Positions 1 to 13,040 of a DNA stretch of 64,000 nucleotides are shown piece by piece. Made by a program: the position numbers and the translations under genes. Below the pieces are notes generated by a model that had not been told where the DNA came from, did no database searches, and worked only from the letters and a program-made list of their open reading frames with translations. The DNA is from Lytechinus pictus. Taxonomy: Eukaryota. How positions within the stretch are numbered: the stretch's first letter is position 1; the number at the start of each line of letters is the position of its first letter. The stretch spans positions 14,634,001-14,698,000 of the forward strand of contig NC_087245.1 of assembly GCF_037042905.1 (NCBI RefSeq), given 5' to 3'.

Positions 1-536
1 AAGATATAACACACTCTGCTCTCTTAAATTTAGGCAATCCAATATTTTCACTTAGGTTTTTACATTTTTTTAAATTTACAACCATGGGGATTTTTTAGGT
101 TTTTTTTTTTTTTAGGGGGGGGGGGGTAAGTGTTGGATATAGATTACCACCCCTAACACCTTGACTTGGCGCTTACATAAAGCTGATTTATACTGACTTT
201 AGTAGGGAATCCATTGCTTTTAGCTCTATAAATCGAGTACCTAACCTTCTCTTGTCATGTCTGTGAATTCAAGTGTCAGAAATGCTAATTATTAAAAGAA
301 TTCCAACATAGATGTAAACCATTACGGGTTTAAAATGCCGATCTTCATGGCATACTTATGACGACGACGGAAATAATGACGAAGCACGAGTGAAATCCAT
401 TCGTTTGATCTCGTGATTCGTCACCACCAGTGACCGAAGACGAGAGAGTAATTGGGAGTGATCATGTTATAAACGCTTTCATAAAATGCACTTTTACAAC
501 TATTCAGTTTGTATAATTAACTGATATATTTGTGTT

Positions 537-783
537 CAGGGGCGGATCCAGGATTTTTCGAAAGGGCCTCATTTTCCCGAGGAAAATTTGACAAGCAAAA
601 AAAAAAAGGTTTTTAACCAAAAATTAAGGGGATTTCGGCAAGCAAAAAAAAAAGGTCTTCTTTTTCGAAGGGGGGAGGGGGGCACACTTCTGTTTTAACG
701 GTATTTTTACATTACAAATTTAATTGTGCCTTTCAGGGGGACGGGCCGGCTGTGTTCCCCCCCCCCCCCTTGATCCGCCAGTG
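537..783. mobile_element. hAT-like MITE
   Basis: TIRs CAGGGGCGGATC / GATCCGCCAGTG; 8-bp flanks TTTGTGTT / TTTTTGTT (7/8 match, TSD-like); no ORF. Confidence 0.7.
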
Positions 784-1547
784 TTTTTGTTGAATTTACT
801 TTCAATTTTCACCTACTTCCCATCTTGGTTTTTCTTTTCTTTCGCCGTTTTTCCTTGCCTTCTTTATATTTGCTCTTGCTTGAGTTTTATCAGTCTTCTG
901 TTTCTTCTTCATCTACCGTCTGTGTGATTTTAACCCCCCCCCCTAAAAAACGAGGAAAATGATGGTTATGAGTTTATTTTTTTTCACTTGCTCATTCGCA
1001 TCATTATTACAGAAAATATTTGAACAAAGTTGAAATACGACTAGCGACATATTTGCTCATTGTTGATTACTGTTTTGCGGGCTGTTTTGTCGAAGAAATT
1101 TGCGGATTTTACCACTCGACATGCTCGATAACCAAATTAACGTCGTGGAATGACTCCAGGCTCATTTTCTTATTCAATTTATTACTGATTTTTCGTTTTT
1201 TCTCAACCTAGCCTACATATGTTAAAAAACTACAGAAATAAATCAGAACAGTATGAAACCAACCGTTGAACTGGTCATGAACCGTTAATTCATTTTGCAG
1301 TTGACGACAATTTAGATTTTCACCGGGGTCTCGATACACCGTTCTACCGTAATTACAATATCATCCAATTCTTTAGTGTCATGTCCAGGCCATCGGGTGC
1401 TAATTGAAACGAATTCTGAATGTCAACTGCAGTTTGTAAATGAGTACTCTAGCCCTATTTGGAAATCAAACATAATTAGTGTGCTGTATTCGTTGCTGTG
1501 TTTCGAATTAGTTGATGGGGGTGATATATATCTCGTGGGCAGAACTG

Positions 1548-1632
1548 TGATGATGATGATGATGATGATGACGATGATGACGATGATTACGATGATGATG
1601 ATGATGATGATGATAATAGATAGATAGATAGA
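1548..1632. repeat. (GAT)n followed by (GATA)n microsatellite
   Basis: Read directly from sequence. Confidence 0.95.
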
Positions 1633-2580
1633 AGGAATAGAAGAAAAGATAATTAAATAATTATTGTTGATGGGAATGGTGGCTTAGGATGGATGACGGG
1701 ATAGAGACAATGGTGTTGCTGACGTATACAGATTGGTTCTAAAAAAATCATATACATGTATCTCTGATCGTTTTGCTAAAGTATTGAAGATATAAGTCTA
1801 CCTGCATAGACCTAAGTATAACTCAACGATTTTCTAGTTGAAAACATTCTTCTTCCTCATCGTAACCATCATTAATGAGATCTAAAGATGGTCAACTCAC
1901 CATTACATCAACAAAATCAACAACAACAATTCGATTCTATGCACTGGTATGTGTCAATCATCATTGTACATACCATCACAGCTACAGTGATATGATATGA
2001 AAGTACATTTAACCAGTGGTGTTTCACAGATGTCATCTGAGGTGAAGGAGTGGACACCTGCTTTTGACATAATGTATATAGTTCAAGGTCCTATTGCTAC
2101 CAAGAAGGGATGTCTCATTGGGTCCTTTATTACCTTTTCATGTAGTTACCATCCCTCCCTTTGGTTTTATGTCAATTTTCATATTTCCGCCCCGGCCCTT
2201 CTTCAAGTTTGGGGTCGCCATACGACTATGCGAGGTATCTGCACGTAGCATTCATTTAGTGCAAGCAACAGGACATACATTGTGTCACTGGTTGGATTCT
2301 CCTAAAACCACATTCATTCATAGTGGCCGGATAGGATATACGCTTACTTGGTTTGATACGATCTCTATTCAATACAATTCATGATACATAATATATATTT
2401 TTTTAATCACTGCACCATTTAAAATATGTACATGTATTCTATTCGTTTCAATATGGCGAGTTTGTTTGTACTAACTAGGGTACACAAAGAAGGACCAGGT
2501 ATTTCATTAGACCCTCTGATTAATGGAATTCTTGAAAATATAGAAGTGATACCCCACGCCACCCCCCCCCCCTCCCCCCC

Positions 2581-2612
<32 letters not shown>

Positions 2613-2922
2613 AGCAATGGATTATATTAACATTTAAGTCAGAAATTACTTGGTACTTAAATTGTAAAAAAAATGTCAATTGTCAAAATTGGATCTGTAG
2701 CAATCACGTTTCCTAAGTGCTGTATTATTTCGGATTTAACCTTGGAGCTTATCTTGAATATTTTAAAAGTTGTAGGATTACCTTTTTTTGTCGAAGTTAA
2801 CACTATATATATATTTTTTACTTTAGAGATACCTTTTTTTTAGACAAGTCCACACATTTTTTTTAGACAAGTCCACACATAATGTATATAGCATTTTTAT
2901 TTATTTGATATACGATAAAACA

Positions 2923-3034
2923 TCAGTGTGGATAAAATATCTTGCTCAATGGCATAAGTGCCGTGCCGGGAATCGAACCCCCGATCCTCAGATCTCCAAT
3001 CAAGCGCATTAGACCACTCGACCACGGCACCTCT
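2923..3034 (-). mobile_element. tRNA-derived SINE, 5' portion
   Basis: Minus strand GGTGCCGTGGTCGAGTGGTCTAA (A box)...GGTTCGATTCCC (B box), continuing into ATTGAGCAAGATATTTTATCCACACTG, which resembles the post-tRNA body of the SINE at 50593-50882. Confidence 0.8.
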
Positions 3035-4665
3035 ATGACGTATATAATGATGCAGGGCGCCACCACCTATAGTTTCGTTATGGTGCTGACCGTGCGCAGA
3101 TAATGTCACCCTATATTATTTTCCTTAATTGAGAATCCGTTTAGTTACATTTCGTAGACTTAGAATGAGGCCAAAAATACATTTGGAGCATATCTTAGGA
3201 GCATTTTGTATTGTCTTCTTTTTTTATGACGATTTGATAGGTTTTGATACTGACTTCGTCGTGACAAACATTTTATACAAAATATTCGTGTTAAAAAAAA
3301 ATCCAAGATATTTGTCAGTTGACATCGTTGCCTATTAACCGGACATAAACCATTTAGCACCCACGCTCAGTATGCGCTCTAGTGAAGACATGGGAAAATT
3401 ATGAAATTATCGAATTTATTGTAAAATGTTTTGAATAGCCATACTAATAGCAATTACGGTCTAAAACATTTACAAAGACTCGATTTCGAAGACCACAAAT
3501 ACGAAAGTTCAAAGGGGTCACGTAATGAGTTGGATGAGAGATTTTAAATGCGAAGTATTGCACGCTCTTTAGGTTTATTGTTATTTTGTTTATCCTTAAA
3601 AGAATGCAAAACTTCAGGTGAAAAAAGTAGTGTGCCTTGTACCTCTGCAAAATTGCAAAATTTGTTTACAGTTATCATGGTTATGTTGTATGGAAAAAAA
3701 AACGATTTGTAAAAGGGCAACTCCCTATAAACTCTTGCACTTGTATTTGAAACAAGAATCCACCTGTTGCATTGTTTTCACCAATATAACCCGTCCTCCT
3801 TGTAGTAGACTCAGGGATCATAATTGAACTATAATAATCATGAATGGATTATACCATTGTTTGTAATAAGATATTGGGTTATTTCTGCATTCTTGTAAGA
3901 GATTTTGTGATTTGTTGAATACTTCTGTCCAGCTTGTTATTAGAGGTCTGTACTGCATTGGATGTATATTTGGACACTGAAATTAAAACGTTTGAACACT
4001 GAAATTAAACCACATTAATCATAATTCAGTGACCACATTCCCTCTTAATATGAAAGATAAATCGCGAAAATTCTGTCAAAAAAGAATAACAGATTTTTCA
4101 TTTTTTGTGACGTCACATGCAAACAGCTCTCCATGTAAACAACTCTCTTTGAGATGTATACTGAATATAAATATCTGTCCTATAATGAGCGTTCATGAAA
4201 TTGATTATAAGTGATTATGTTGATTATAATTATGCAAGGGTAAAATAATTTTCCGGGAAAATGAAATTTATGAAATGGATGGTCGCGTTGAAGTAAAACA
4301 GTATAAATATCCATAACTATATTATTACGTGATGGATTTTCGTCTAAGTTTCTCCATTGACTAATTATTTATCTATTTTTTTTAAATAAAAAGACTTTCG
4401 TTAAGACCAACTGGTGGACTTCCCCTTTAAGATATTTAACAGGTACGTCGTCAACTGGATGGATGTACGCAGTTCCGACCCTCTTTCATCACCTCACATG
4501 ATTTCGGAAAGGATCCAAATTAGACGATTGCCAGAGAGGTAGCATGGTGTATAGGCGAGCACTTATGCGACTTGCATCTCGCGGGGAGCAACCTATACCG
4601 TCCGAAAACCGTCTTCATAAACTATTTTAGTCTTTAACCCCACGGTCACACTGGCGAAAGAACTC

Positions 4666-4919
4666 CAGGGACCCGTCTTACAAAGACATGCGATTGATCC
4701 GATCAATCGCACTTATGGAAAGCCAGCAACGTCAACATCTAAGATACATGTTTGTTCAAAATATTTTCCAGAAATGAGGTTTATTCATACATTCATTGTT
4801 TTCTTGACAATTCGGTATGCTTCTTTTTGTTTCCTGTAGAAAAAAATATGACGCTGATGGATTTCCATAGAGTTACGATTGATTGGATCAATCGTAATTC
4901 TTTGTAAGACGGGGCCCTG
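4666..4919. mobile_element. MITE with ~60-bp TIRs
   Basis: CAGGGACCCGTCTTACAAAGA...CGATTGATCCGATCAATCG matches inverted CGATTGATTGGATCAATCG...TCTTTGTAAGACGGGGCCCTG. Confidence 0.7.
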
Positions 4920-5030
4920 ATCGAGAAGATCTTTTATGTTATGACCAATGACAGACAGCTATCGGCTTGGTTTAGTTGGTGTGACTGTGCATAAAGAACA
5001 ACCATCGACCGATCAAAAATATTAAAGCTA

Positions 5031-5262
5031 CACTGTAAAAAATATTGGGTAACATTTTTAACCACCACGAGGGTAATTATGTGTCCAACCAATATTGGGC
5101 AGTATTTTACCCAATGCGGGAAGCATAAGCAGCAATTACTTTAGAAAGGGCAAATTTTCATCACACTGGATAAATAAAAATGCCCAAAAGAAATAACCAA
5201 TGTTGGTTGGACACGTCATTATTACTCTCATGGAGCACTTTTACCCAATATTTTTTAGAGTG
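5031..5262. mobile_element. CAC...GTG-ended MITE (CACTA/EnSpm-like ends)
   Basis: CACTGTAAAAAATATTGGGTAA / TTACCCAATATTTTTTAGAGTG TIRs flanked by TA/TA. Confidence 0.75.
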
Positions 5263-5338
5263 TACTTCGGATAGCATCCCATCGTCCGGTTTGGAGCCGG
5301 TTTCGTTGACTGCGATATTTGTACCGGTCTTAATTGCA

Positions 5339-5776
5339 CACTCTAAAAAAGATTGAGTAAAATTGACCACATATTGTGTAAAAAGGGAACATGCATGTTT
5401 GTTGAGTAAGATTTTGCCCCATATTATGCAAAATGCATGTTTAATGGGTAAATTTCAACGAAACATTGGGTAAATTTTATACAATATTTAGTTTCATTTT
5501 GCCCAACAATCATACATGTTCCTTGTTTACCCAATATTAGGTAATAATAATAATAATAATAATACAGGTATATTTACCCAGGGAAGCCGCTTCGGTTCCA
5601 GAAACTGTTCTCCCAGCGGGCCCTGCTATTATTATTACCCCGGCTTTAGCTGGGCTGCCTAGGCGCTCAAAGCATTCAAGGAATTTCTTCCTACCGGGTA
5701 CCCATTCATCTCACCTGGGTTGAGTGCAGCACAGTGTGGATAAATTTCTTGCTGAAGGTAAACTGTTTTTAGAGTG
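5339..5776. mobile_element. CACTCTAAAAA-type MITE interrupted by a SINE
   Basis: Ends CACTCTAAAAA / TTTTTAGAGTG; SINE fragment lies inside at 5543-5760. Confidence 0.55.
5543..5760 (-). mobile_element. 5'-truncated SINE copy (same family as 50593-50882)
   Basis: Colinear high similarity to 50593-50805 including (TAT)n tail and CAGGGCCCGCTGGGAGAACAG 3' region; tRNA head missing. Confidence 0.85.
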
Positions 5777-6174
5777 AATGTCCTTGCCTTGATGCTCGAT
5801 ATGTTACTTTGCATTCACAAAACTGCAACGTTCTCTTTTAGTAAGATATAGCAGGTTTATGACAAATATTCCGCTTGACATTATAAGCATGATAAAAATC
5901 ATCTACCAAATGAAGCAATTATTGTATTCGGAGTTAAACATCTTGAAGGGGTAATACAGTACATTGAAAACTGTAAGACTAAGTAGAAATAGAAAAATTA
6001 TGAAAGTTCATAATATTTTTGATGCAATAACCAGAACTAGAGTAAAATATTCGACATATTACGTCATGAGAAGACATAAGATAATTTTGATTTATGATGT
6101 TTGGCCACTATATTATGATTACTGTGTATAACCTGGCGCGCGTTTTTGTTTTACATAACTTTGATAATACTATA

Positions 6175-6370
6175 CACTCTTAAAAATGTTGGGCAACATA
6201 CGGTCCACACAACAATTGGTTAAAACTTTATCCAATTCTGGGTAGTTTTACACCAATAATGTGTGCTTTGGGTGAAAACTACACAGTATTGGTTGAAAAC
6301 TACCCAGAATTGGATAAAGTTTTAACCGATTGTTGTGTGGACCGTATGTTGCCCAACATTTTTAAGAGTG
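6175..6370. mobile_element. Hairpin MITE with ~75-bp near-perfect TIRs
   Basis: CACTCTTAAAAATGTTGGGCAACATACGGTCCACAC... and its inverse; TA/TA flanks. Confidence 0.85.
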
Positions 6371-7293
6371 TAGCCAACTCCCCCACATTGAAACAACAGT
6401 CCAAACATGACAAATGTTCGGTCGTATTCTAATTCATTTAAATGCCATTCATTACTTGGCCTTCGTGTTATCTATGACGTTACGAAGGCAATAAATCGAT
6501 GAATATATTGTTACTAAAATATAATTTATTACAACCCCATTCAGTGATTAATATCATTTAAGCTTGAAAGAGGTTGTCTTAACAACCCTATACTAAGATC
6601 ATCTTTCAAATCCAGATTAAAAAGTTTTCTTTATTTTTCGTTATTTTGTCATAAAAGCTCGTTTATTAAAAATGTCACGTACCCGGCACAAAACGTCCCG
6701 GGATGGTGATTGATGTTGATGGTGATTCTTAACATACCCCACCTGAAGGCCGAAACCAGTTGAGAATGTTCTTAAGATTAAAGCATTAAAAAATGATTTA
6801 GAATTTAGAAGCTTATTTTATAAGCTGCAGGGTGAAAATATGATCTTGTCTTCATTGTAGAATGAATGATTTGAAATGATTTGTATGGAAGGAGAAATTA
6901 AGTAGGGTTCGAGTCCCTCCACGAAACTAGGATATTGTTGCAAGACGATACCTAAGCCGCTCTCCGTCAATGTTTTTTAAAACAGGTAAGAAGACGTGGT
7001 TTGGTCAACGTTGTGAGCGCCGTGACATCGACATGAGTAGAAAAATGTGCATTCCTTGCAAATAGGGAAGCCTAAATCCGATGGCAGGAGTGATTACAGA
7101 TCTGGCGAACCTTTGTTTTAATGTTTTCGATGTTTTTACATGTTTTATCTTTTTTTAAGAAAGTGTACGAGCTGCGTTAACTAAAATGTGCAGGTTCCGT
7201 AATATTTGCAAATAGGTGTCACTTACAATCAAACGCACAGTACAGGCAGCTGTCATTTTTATGATATTACAGTGAAAAAAAATGTTTTAGACA

Positions 7294-7415
7294 TGACTCA
7301 TTCATCCTGGTCATTGCCAATCACATGATGAATGATGGGTAGAATATGACCCTCACGTGACCTTCATATCACATGACATCGTCTTCCAATCCCTGTGCGT
7401 TCTATAGAGTATAAA
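7294..7415 (+). promoter_or_regulatory. Candidate promoter/enhancer motif cluster upstream of the FAM167-like gene
   Basis: TGACTCA (7294), CCAAT (7317, 7386), TCACATGA (7321, 7369), TCACGTGA (7353) and TATAAA (7410) within about 120 bp. Confidence 0.3.
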
Positions 7416-7560
7416 TTCAAGTCCTTTGACAATCTGTAGTGTTCTGGTGGTGAGAAATATTTAAAAAGTCGTCACTTCACAATTTTTTTATTGATTAATA
7501 CAGTAATTGTTGAACATGCAGAACATTACATGTGTACATTTTTTATTGGTTATCGATTTA

Positions 7561-8043
7561 CTTTGCATTTGAATATTGAGATCACTAATGCCATGTAGAT
7601 CCTCCTATTGGCAATGCGACCAAGATCTGTGATGTCACACACGTACAACTCCCTTACTACTTTAGTACTTATTTCACTTATGTTCTCACTTTTATAGAGT
7701 CTATCACAAGGTGAGGTGTTCTCTTTATGAGAGGACAAGTACAGAGGTTTCAAAACATTATATCATTGATAAATCGTTTGTCATATGATTAGAATGAGCA
7801 AAAAGAGATGTTTTGGGGTATATTTTCAGTGCCCAAAAGGGGAGAGTTGTTCATCTGTGACACCATAGATCTTGGTCGCATTGCCAATTGGAGGATCTCC
7901 ATAGCATTAGTGATCTGGACATTCAAATGCTCATAACTCTTGTATTGCTAGTCCTATTTTACTCAAACTTTTGTTGATCTTATTCTTTTATTTTTCTGCT
8001 TTCACAAAAGCTAACTTGCTCCAAGAGTTTCATTCTCCTTTAA
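7561..8043. mobile_element. Kolobok/T2-like MITE remnant with internal inverted repeat
   Basis: 7564-7640 is inverted at 7856-7930; right end TCTCCTTTAA; left terminus not found. Confidence 0.5.
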
Positions 8044-10902
8044 CTACGTGATTCGTTATTTGTGTATATTCATCAAACACGTTCCTGTAAGGTTTGGAAA
8101 CTTTGGACGATCAAACATCCCGTAATGTTTGCAAGAATCAAACATTTTCCTGTAATATATTTGCACTCTCAAACATTTACCTATTGCTGCGTAGACTATA
8201 TGTATCTCATGTTTAGGGACATAATAATTATCTAATTTTGCAAAGTCTACATATTATATTTGTAATTCAGTTGAAGATGTGAACAGCGACAGATCCAGGA
8301 TTTCATGAACGAGAGTGGGGGAGGGGGGCTTCGAGGAGACGTAACAAAACTTAATCGGTATATAGATTGATTATTAAAGTTTGTGTTTATCCATCCAGTT
8401 AACCTGGATACCTCCAATAATACTTACCAAGAAAACAAAGTTTAGAACTATGGGTCTAAACGCCACCCATCCCCATCGATACCCACACCCCCCCCCCCTT
8501 GACTGGGAGCTCTGCTCTAATCCTCGACGTCTCGCCCAATCGCAGTAATGAAATATTCGATTTCGACGTTGATGAGAAGAAAAGCTTTCGTTTTAAAATG
8601 CCGTGGCAGCCAATTTACCCTGTCAATATGCTTTTACATCGAAATGGCGCGAAAGGTTGACGGTTGAATTGCTTGAACAGACAATCGGCTGCTTGTTATA
8701 ACGTTATAATTGAAAGTTTCCAGTGACATGTCACGTAGCAATTGGTAAAAAATTCAACAAGTTGGATAGGGTTAATTTGCAACAAACTTCGAAGACATAG
8801 CCTGCGCTATTGCTCAATACTTAAATTAAAGGAACATCTCCTTATTTTTTAGTCATAAAATTGCCATTGAGATTTGGTACTAAAATGGCGATTCTCAGCT
8901 GGAAATTAAGATGTCGATAGATAATTCCTCATTGTGATATTCTTCTTACCCTTCTTTTCTTTTCTCAGTGCGGGGGATGGAAAATATGAGAATAAAATAA
9001 CAAGAGTCCATTTCCCAACGATATGGGGTAGAATCGTTAACAATATTATTTCTTCTCTTCAAGTGTTTTCTTCGATTAAATTGCTAGGGGTAGACCGGCA
9101 TCTCTGCGGGATTCGGGTTTGAAAGGGTGACTCTCAACATAAGATGTCTCCAAAACACTTCTCATTGCAATACATTTCCAATCTTCCTCCTTTTAAAAAG
9201 TAAGGTTAGGAAAAAGATGATGATAAATTGGACAATGATATTGGTTTGAAAGAATGTAGCTCTACTCTGACACATGTGAATAAAGGAAATGTTTGTGCCA
9301 AACCCAACTATTCTTGATGAAGTGTTTGGAATGTTTCTTTATGTGAATCTTACGTTAGACCCAATGGAACAGTCAACATTGTCGAGTGTCTCACGTTCTC
9401 GTCATGTTTAGGCAACGGTTTAAATTGTTGCTTTAGCGAGTCTTTAATCCATGTAAGAGTGGGTAATCCTGTAGATTCATGTAAAGAAAGGATTGGGGCA
9501 GGTTTTTCATATGTTTACATAATAAACATGGACCGAATTATGGTTCCCGTCGAAAGTTTACTTTCTGTTACTTTTCTAAATTTTAATCAGACCTGTATGT
9601 TGATTCTTTTCGACGTTTCCAGTTCTAATGTAAAAGAGTAATTTCCATCACCAGAACAATGACCTCCTTAAACACCGTTTGTAGCCCCCAAATTATTGAG
9701 TTCTGTTTAAAAAGATTGGCATTCATGTATACATTGGAGGAAGACAAATAATATATATTTAAGAGCTCTCCGAGTGTAAGAATGCAATCAAAACACATTT
9801 TATGACACTTGTTATTTTGATCTCATTTCAGATATGGTGTTCTCAAGGGTGTTGTCGATGACCACTTTTAGAAGAGACTGATCTATTTTTGAAGGCATGC
9901 TTGTTACCCTTCTTCGAGCTCAGGAACACACTACAAATAGTGGTTGAAATTAATGAAATGAATGAAATTAATTTCTATCGGAATGCTGATAACATCCGGA
10001 GCTGCATCTCGACGTCACGCAATTCAGAGACCCTGAACAACTTGGAAGGTCTCACTGCAAATACGCGGAAATCTATCTAGCCTCGCTGCGGACTTTACAC
10101 GGATCATTCGTTCATGGTTAGCATACATAGTGGTAGCATGCCTTCGATTGTTCCTGATGATCATTAATCAAACCGATTCACCTGAGATCAACAACAACTA
10201 TAACATTGGAATCTCTCCAAGTGTCTAGCAGATAGTTGCGAGGATGCGGTATAAGGAGATAGGACGACTTAACATGACGAGTTCATCTGAGCCTCCTAAT
10301 AAGTGCAGCGACTGTAGTGAGGTGTGATTATCTTGTAGGGATTTCCAGAAAAATTTGTCGCCGACTGCCTTCTGGGGAATTACATATTTGTAAGGATTAT
10401 GTTATTTGGTCTTAATACCTGTATTAACAGGAGCTCTGAGTCATTGAAAATTATGTTTTTACATCGAAACAACCGAAGTGTGACAAGCTGCGTTTGGGAC
10501 ACACATCTGCAAGGAACCAATACAATTTGGATGTCATAAATTTTTCAATTAACTCAGCATTTCTATCACCTCAAGAGTGGTACTTAGGTAATCATAAACT
10601 GGAACCTTCTTCTCGTTAACCTTTTGTTGGAACCTTAAAAAGAAATACGGATCCCAACTATGCCGACTGTCACTTTCATGTAAGGTGCCGAAAACAGCGA
10701 ATAGCACAACTACAGCCTTCTTATTTTTCGAAATACAAAGTAATTTGGCCATCGTCTTGAAGGCGCTCTGCGACTTCATTCTACCCTTTGGATTTATAAG
10801 TGGTATCCCATCAAACCTTACTGATGATTGTGAAACAGAACGCACAAGATCGTTATTCTTGACTTGAAATCGTCTTCCATTCGGGCCAGCAAATTTTCCA
10901 CC

Positions 10903-11277
10903 ATGAGTGCTCCACAGATCCTAATCAACGGGTCCCTAGCCCAGCCCGAGACCATGCACCCGAAACTCTTAATAACCCGGGACCTCGGCACGATCGAAGA
11001 GGACGAGGAGGTCGCTGGCCTGAGCGAACTCAAGAAGATGACGACGCGATTACGTCTGTCGACCAGGAGACCGTCGATTATGCAATGGAGGGAGAATCTA
11101 TCGAACTTTCAACAGAACATGGCCTTGGTTAGGCACTCTGGACTTGATAGCGATGAAAGCGATGAGGGATGCGACGACGACGTCGATGGGAAATCGGACG
11201 ACAGTGAGATTCTGACAGACGATCAGGAGAGGAGAAAAAAGGTCGATGATGCCATTGCCTGGATAAGGCAGGAATTG
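10903..11277 (+). CDS. FAM167A: FAM167-family protein, coding exon 1 (125 codons)
   Basis: ATG in CCACCATG context; LKKMTTRLRLSTRRPSIMQW and DDAIAWIRQEL motifs resemble FAM167A/B; ends at TTG|GTGAGT donor, phase 0. Confidence 0.88.
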
Positions 11278-13026
11278 GTGAGTATATTTTCTGACCATGC
11301 TGTTGTCACAGTCACACAAACGAAATCGCCACCAATCCGACCGATGTCATGTCAGTGAAAATAACGTAATAGTTTTGATCGATCTGGAGTCGGTTTCGTT
11401 GATGTGACGGCGACATGATGGTGGTGGAAGTAGGATGACGTTATATTGCCTAAATACGAACAACATATTCAGTACTGTTAAAATTTAGAGATTGAGAAGT
11501 GGAATATGCAAGTATTCGAAGCTAAGTACAATATTAAAGGTTTTAAAGGTTCCAAAATCTCAATGAAAATCGCATTCTTCTACAAAGTTTTTTCCCGTCA
11601 TCTTAGACTTTTGAATGGTTGAATTTTCGGATGGTCCGATGGGGAGGTAAAACCATCGGGTAGACAATCTTGCATTAAGACGTTCAGAGTATCTCTCTAT
11701 CAATAAAGGTATATGTACAACTTTTTTTTCGATGACTATTGGTTAATGAAATGACTCGTAGTTTAGTGTGTTAGTCTGTGAAATATTTAGAAAAATAATG
11801 ATAGAAATCACTGATGGCATTTAGATTTGTCACAACTCACAAGGTATATCTTTACCACCCAACGTAATATTAATAAATGCACGGAACAAGGAATCTTGTA
11901 TGATTGTTGCTTCCTTATCTTCGTTTCTTAATCTAATTCTCTAAACATTCTCTAAAACTACAACAAATATTGTCGTCTTTCCTCTCTGAGGAGTAAAAGA
12001 AATGCATTTCTACATTCAGATGTTTGATTGATTTCCGTCTTGATGACCAAAAAAAAAACCACCGAAGCTTAAAAATGGCTATTAATACCGCACCATACCT
12101 TTACTGCAACTCACTCTCACTCTCGCAATCCTCGGAGCAGATTTCACGACACGACTCCTAAATAATAAAAAGTCATCAGTGCGATGCCGAGATATTTCGA
12201 GCTGATGAGCAAAATTGAGAAAACACCCGCCTCATTTTCTCTTCAAAGACACCATACATCATCACGGTGTCTGCATCATTATGTTGACACGTTACGGCTA
12301 ATTGATTCCTGGCGAAATAAAAATCACTCACCGGTCGTCTGTCTTCCTCGTGCATGGTCGTTTAATGTCAGGAGGAAAATGGAAGATGAGCCGGAAGATA
12401 GGGAATTGGAAGGAGTCTGTGTACATGCTGTAGGCATGGTAGGGGAGGGTGTCTTCGAATATTATTTTCCCTTTTTAACGATATATCTTTGTAAATTCGT
12501 AGAAAAATCAATTCACTTTAATCGATTCATGATTAATCAATCAATTTCAGTTTCTCGATCTAGTGTTTAATCACATGGGATGTTTGTTTTGCTCGCATAA
12601 TGAATCACATAATTATACATTTAAATAATCATAAATAGGCTATAAAAGCGCATTTTTGAGAAAACTATATGATTAAACATGAAAAAATACACTTTATTAT
12701 AGCCGCATGACTATATTGCTAATATCCTCTTTTACATCACAATGCATCGAATTTGATGTAACTCACCCTTCCCTGGCTGAGCGGGCTGGTTGAACGCCCT
12801 GCTCTTTTCTACTTTGTATTAATCTACTTATATATATACACAATTTCTGCTAAGTGTAGCCTTTATGCGTATAGCTCTTTTACTCCATTTAAATAAAAAG
12901 AAACTATCATGACCATGCAAGTTATCATTCATTCTTCATTGCATATGGCATCGGAGTCTTTTTGAACTTGTAAACCACCTTAAGGAATTTTAAGGGAACG
13001 ACTGACAGGCAGGGCACGAGATGTTT

Positions 13027-13040
13027 GTTACCATGGCAAC
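13027..13040. promoter_or_regulatory. RFX X-box consensus site in FAM167 intron
   Basis: GTTACCATGGCAAC matches GTTNCCATGGNAAC; a second CCATGGCAAC lies near 13349. Confidence 0.35.

Noticed and set aside
2960..3034. tRNA gene on the minus strand (also 50810-50882)
   Set aside because: A/B boxes continue into a SINE body without a clean cloverleaf or T-run terminator; treated as SINE heads.
10864..10902. N-terminal extension of FAM167 from the ORF track, and read-through past 11277
   Set aside because: Starts at TTG; the ATG at 10903 has a CCACCATG context and a consensus donor follows 11277.
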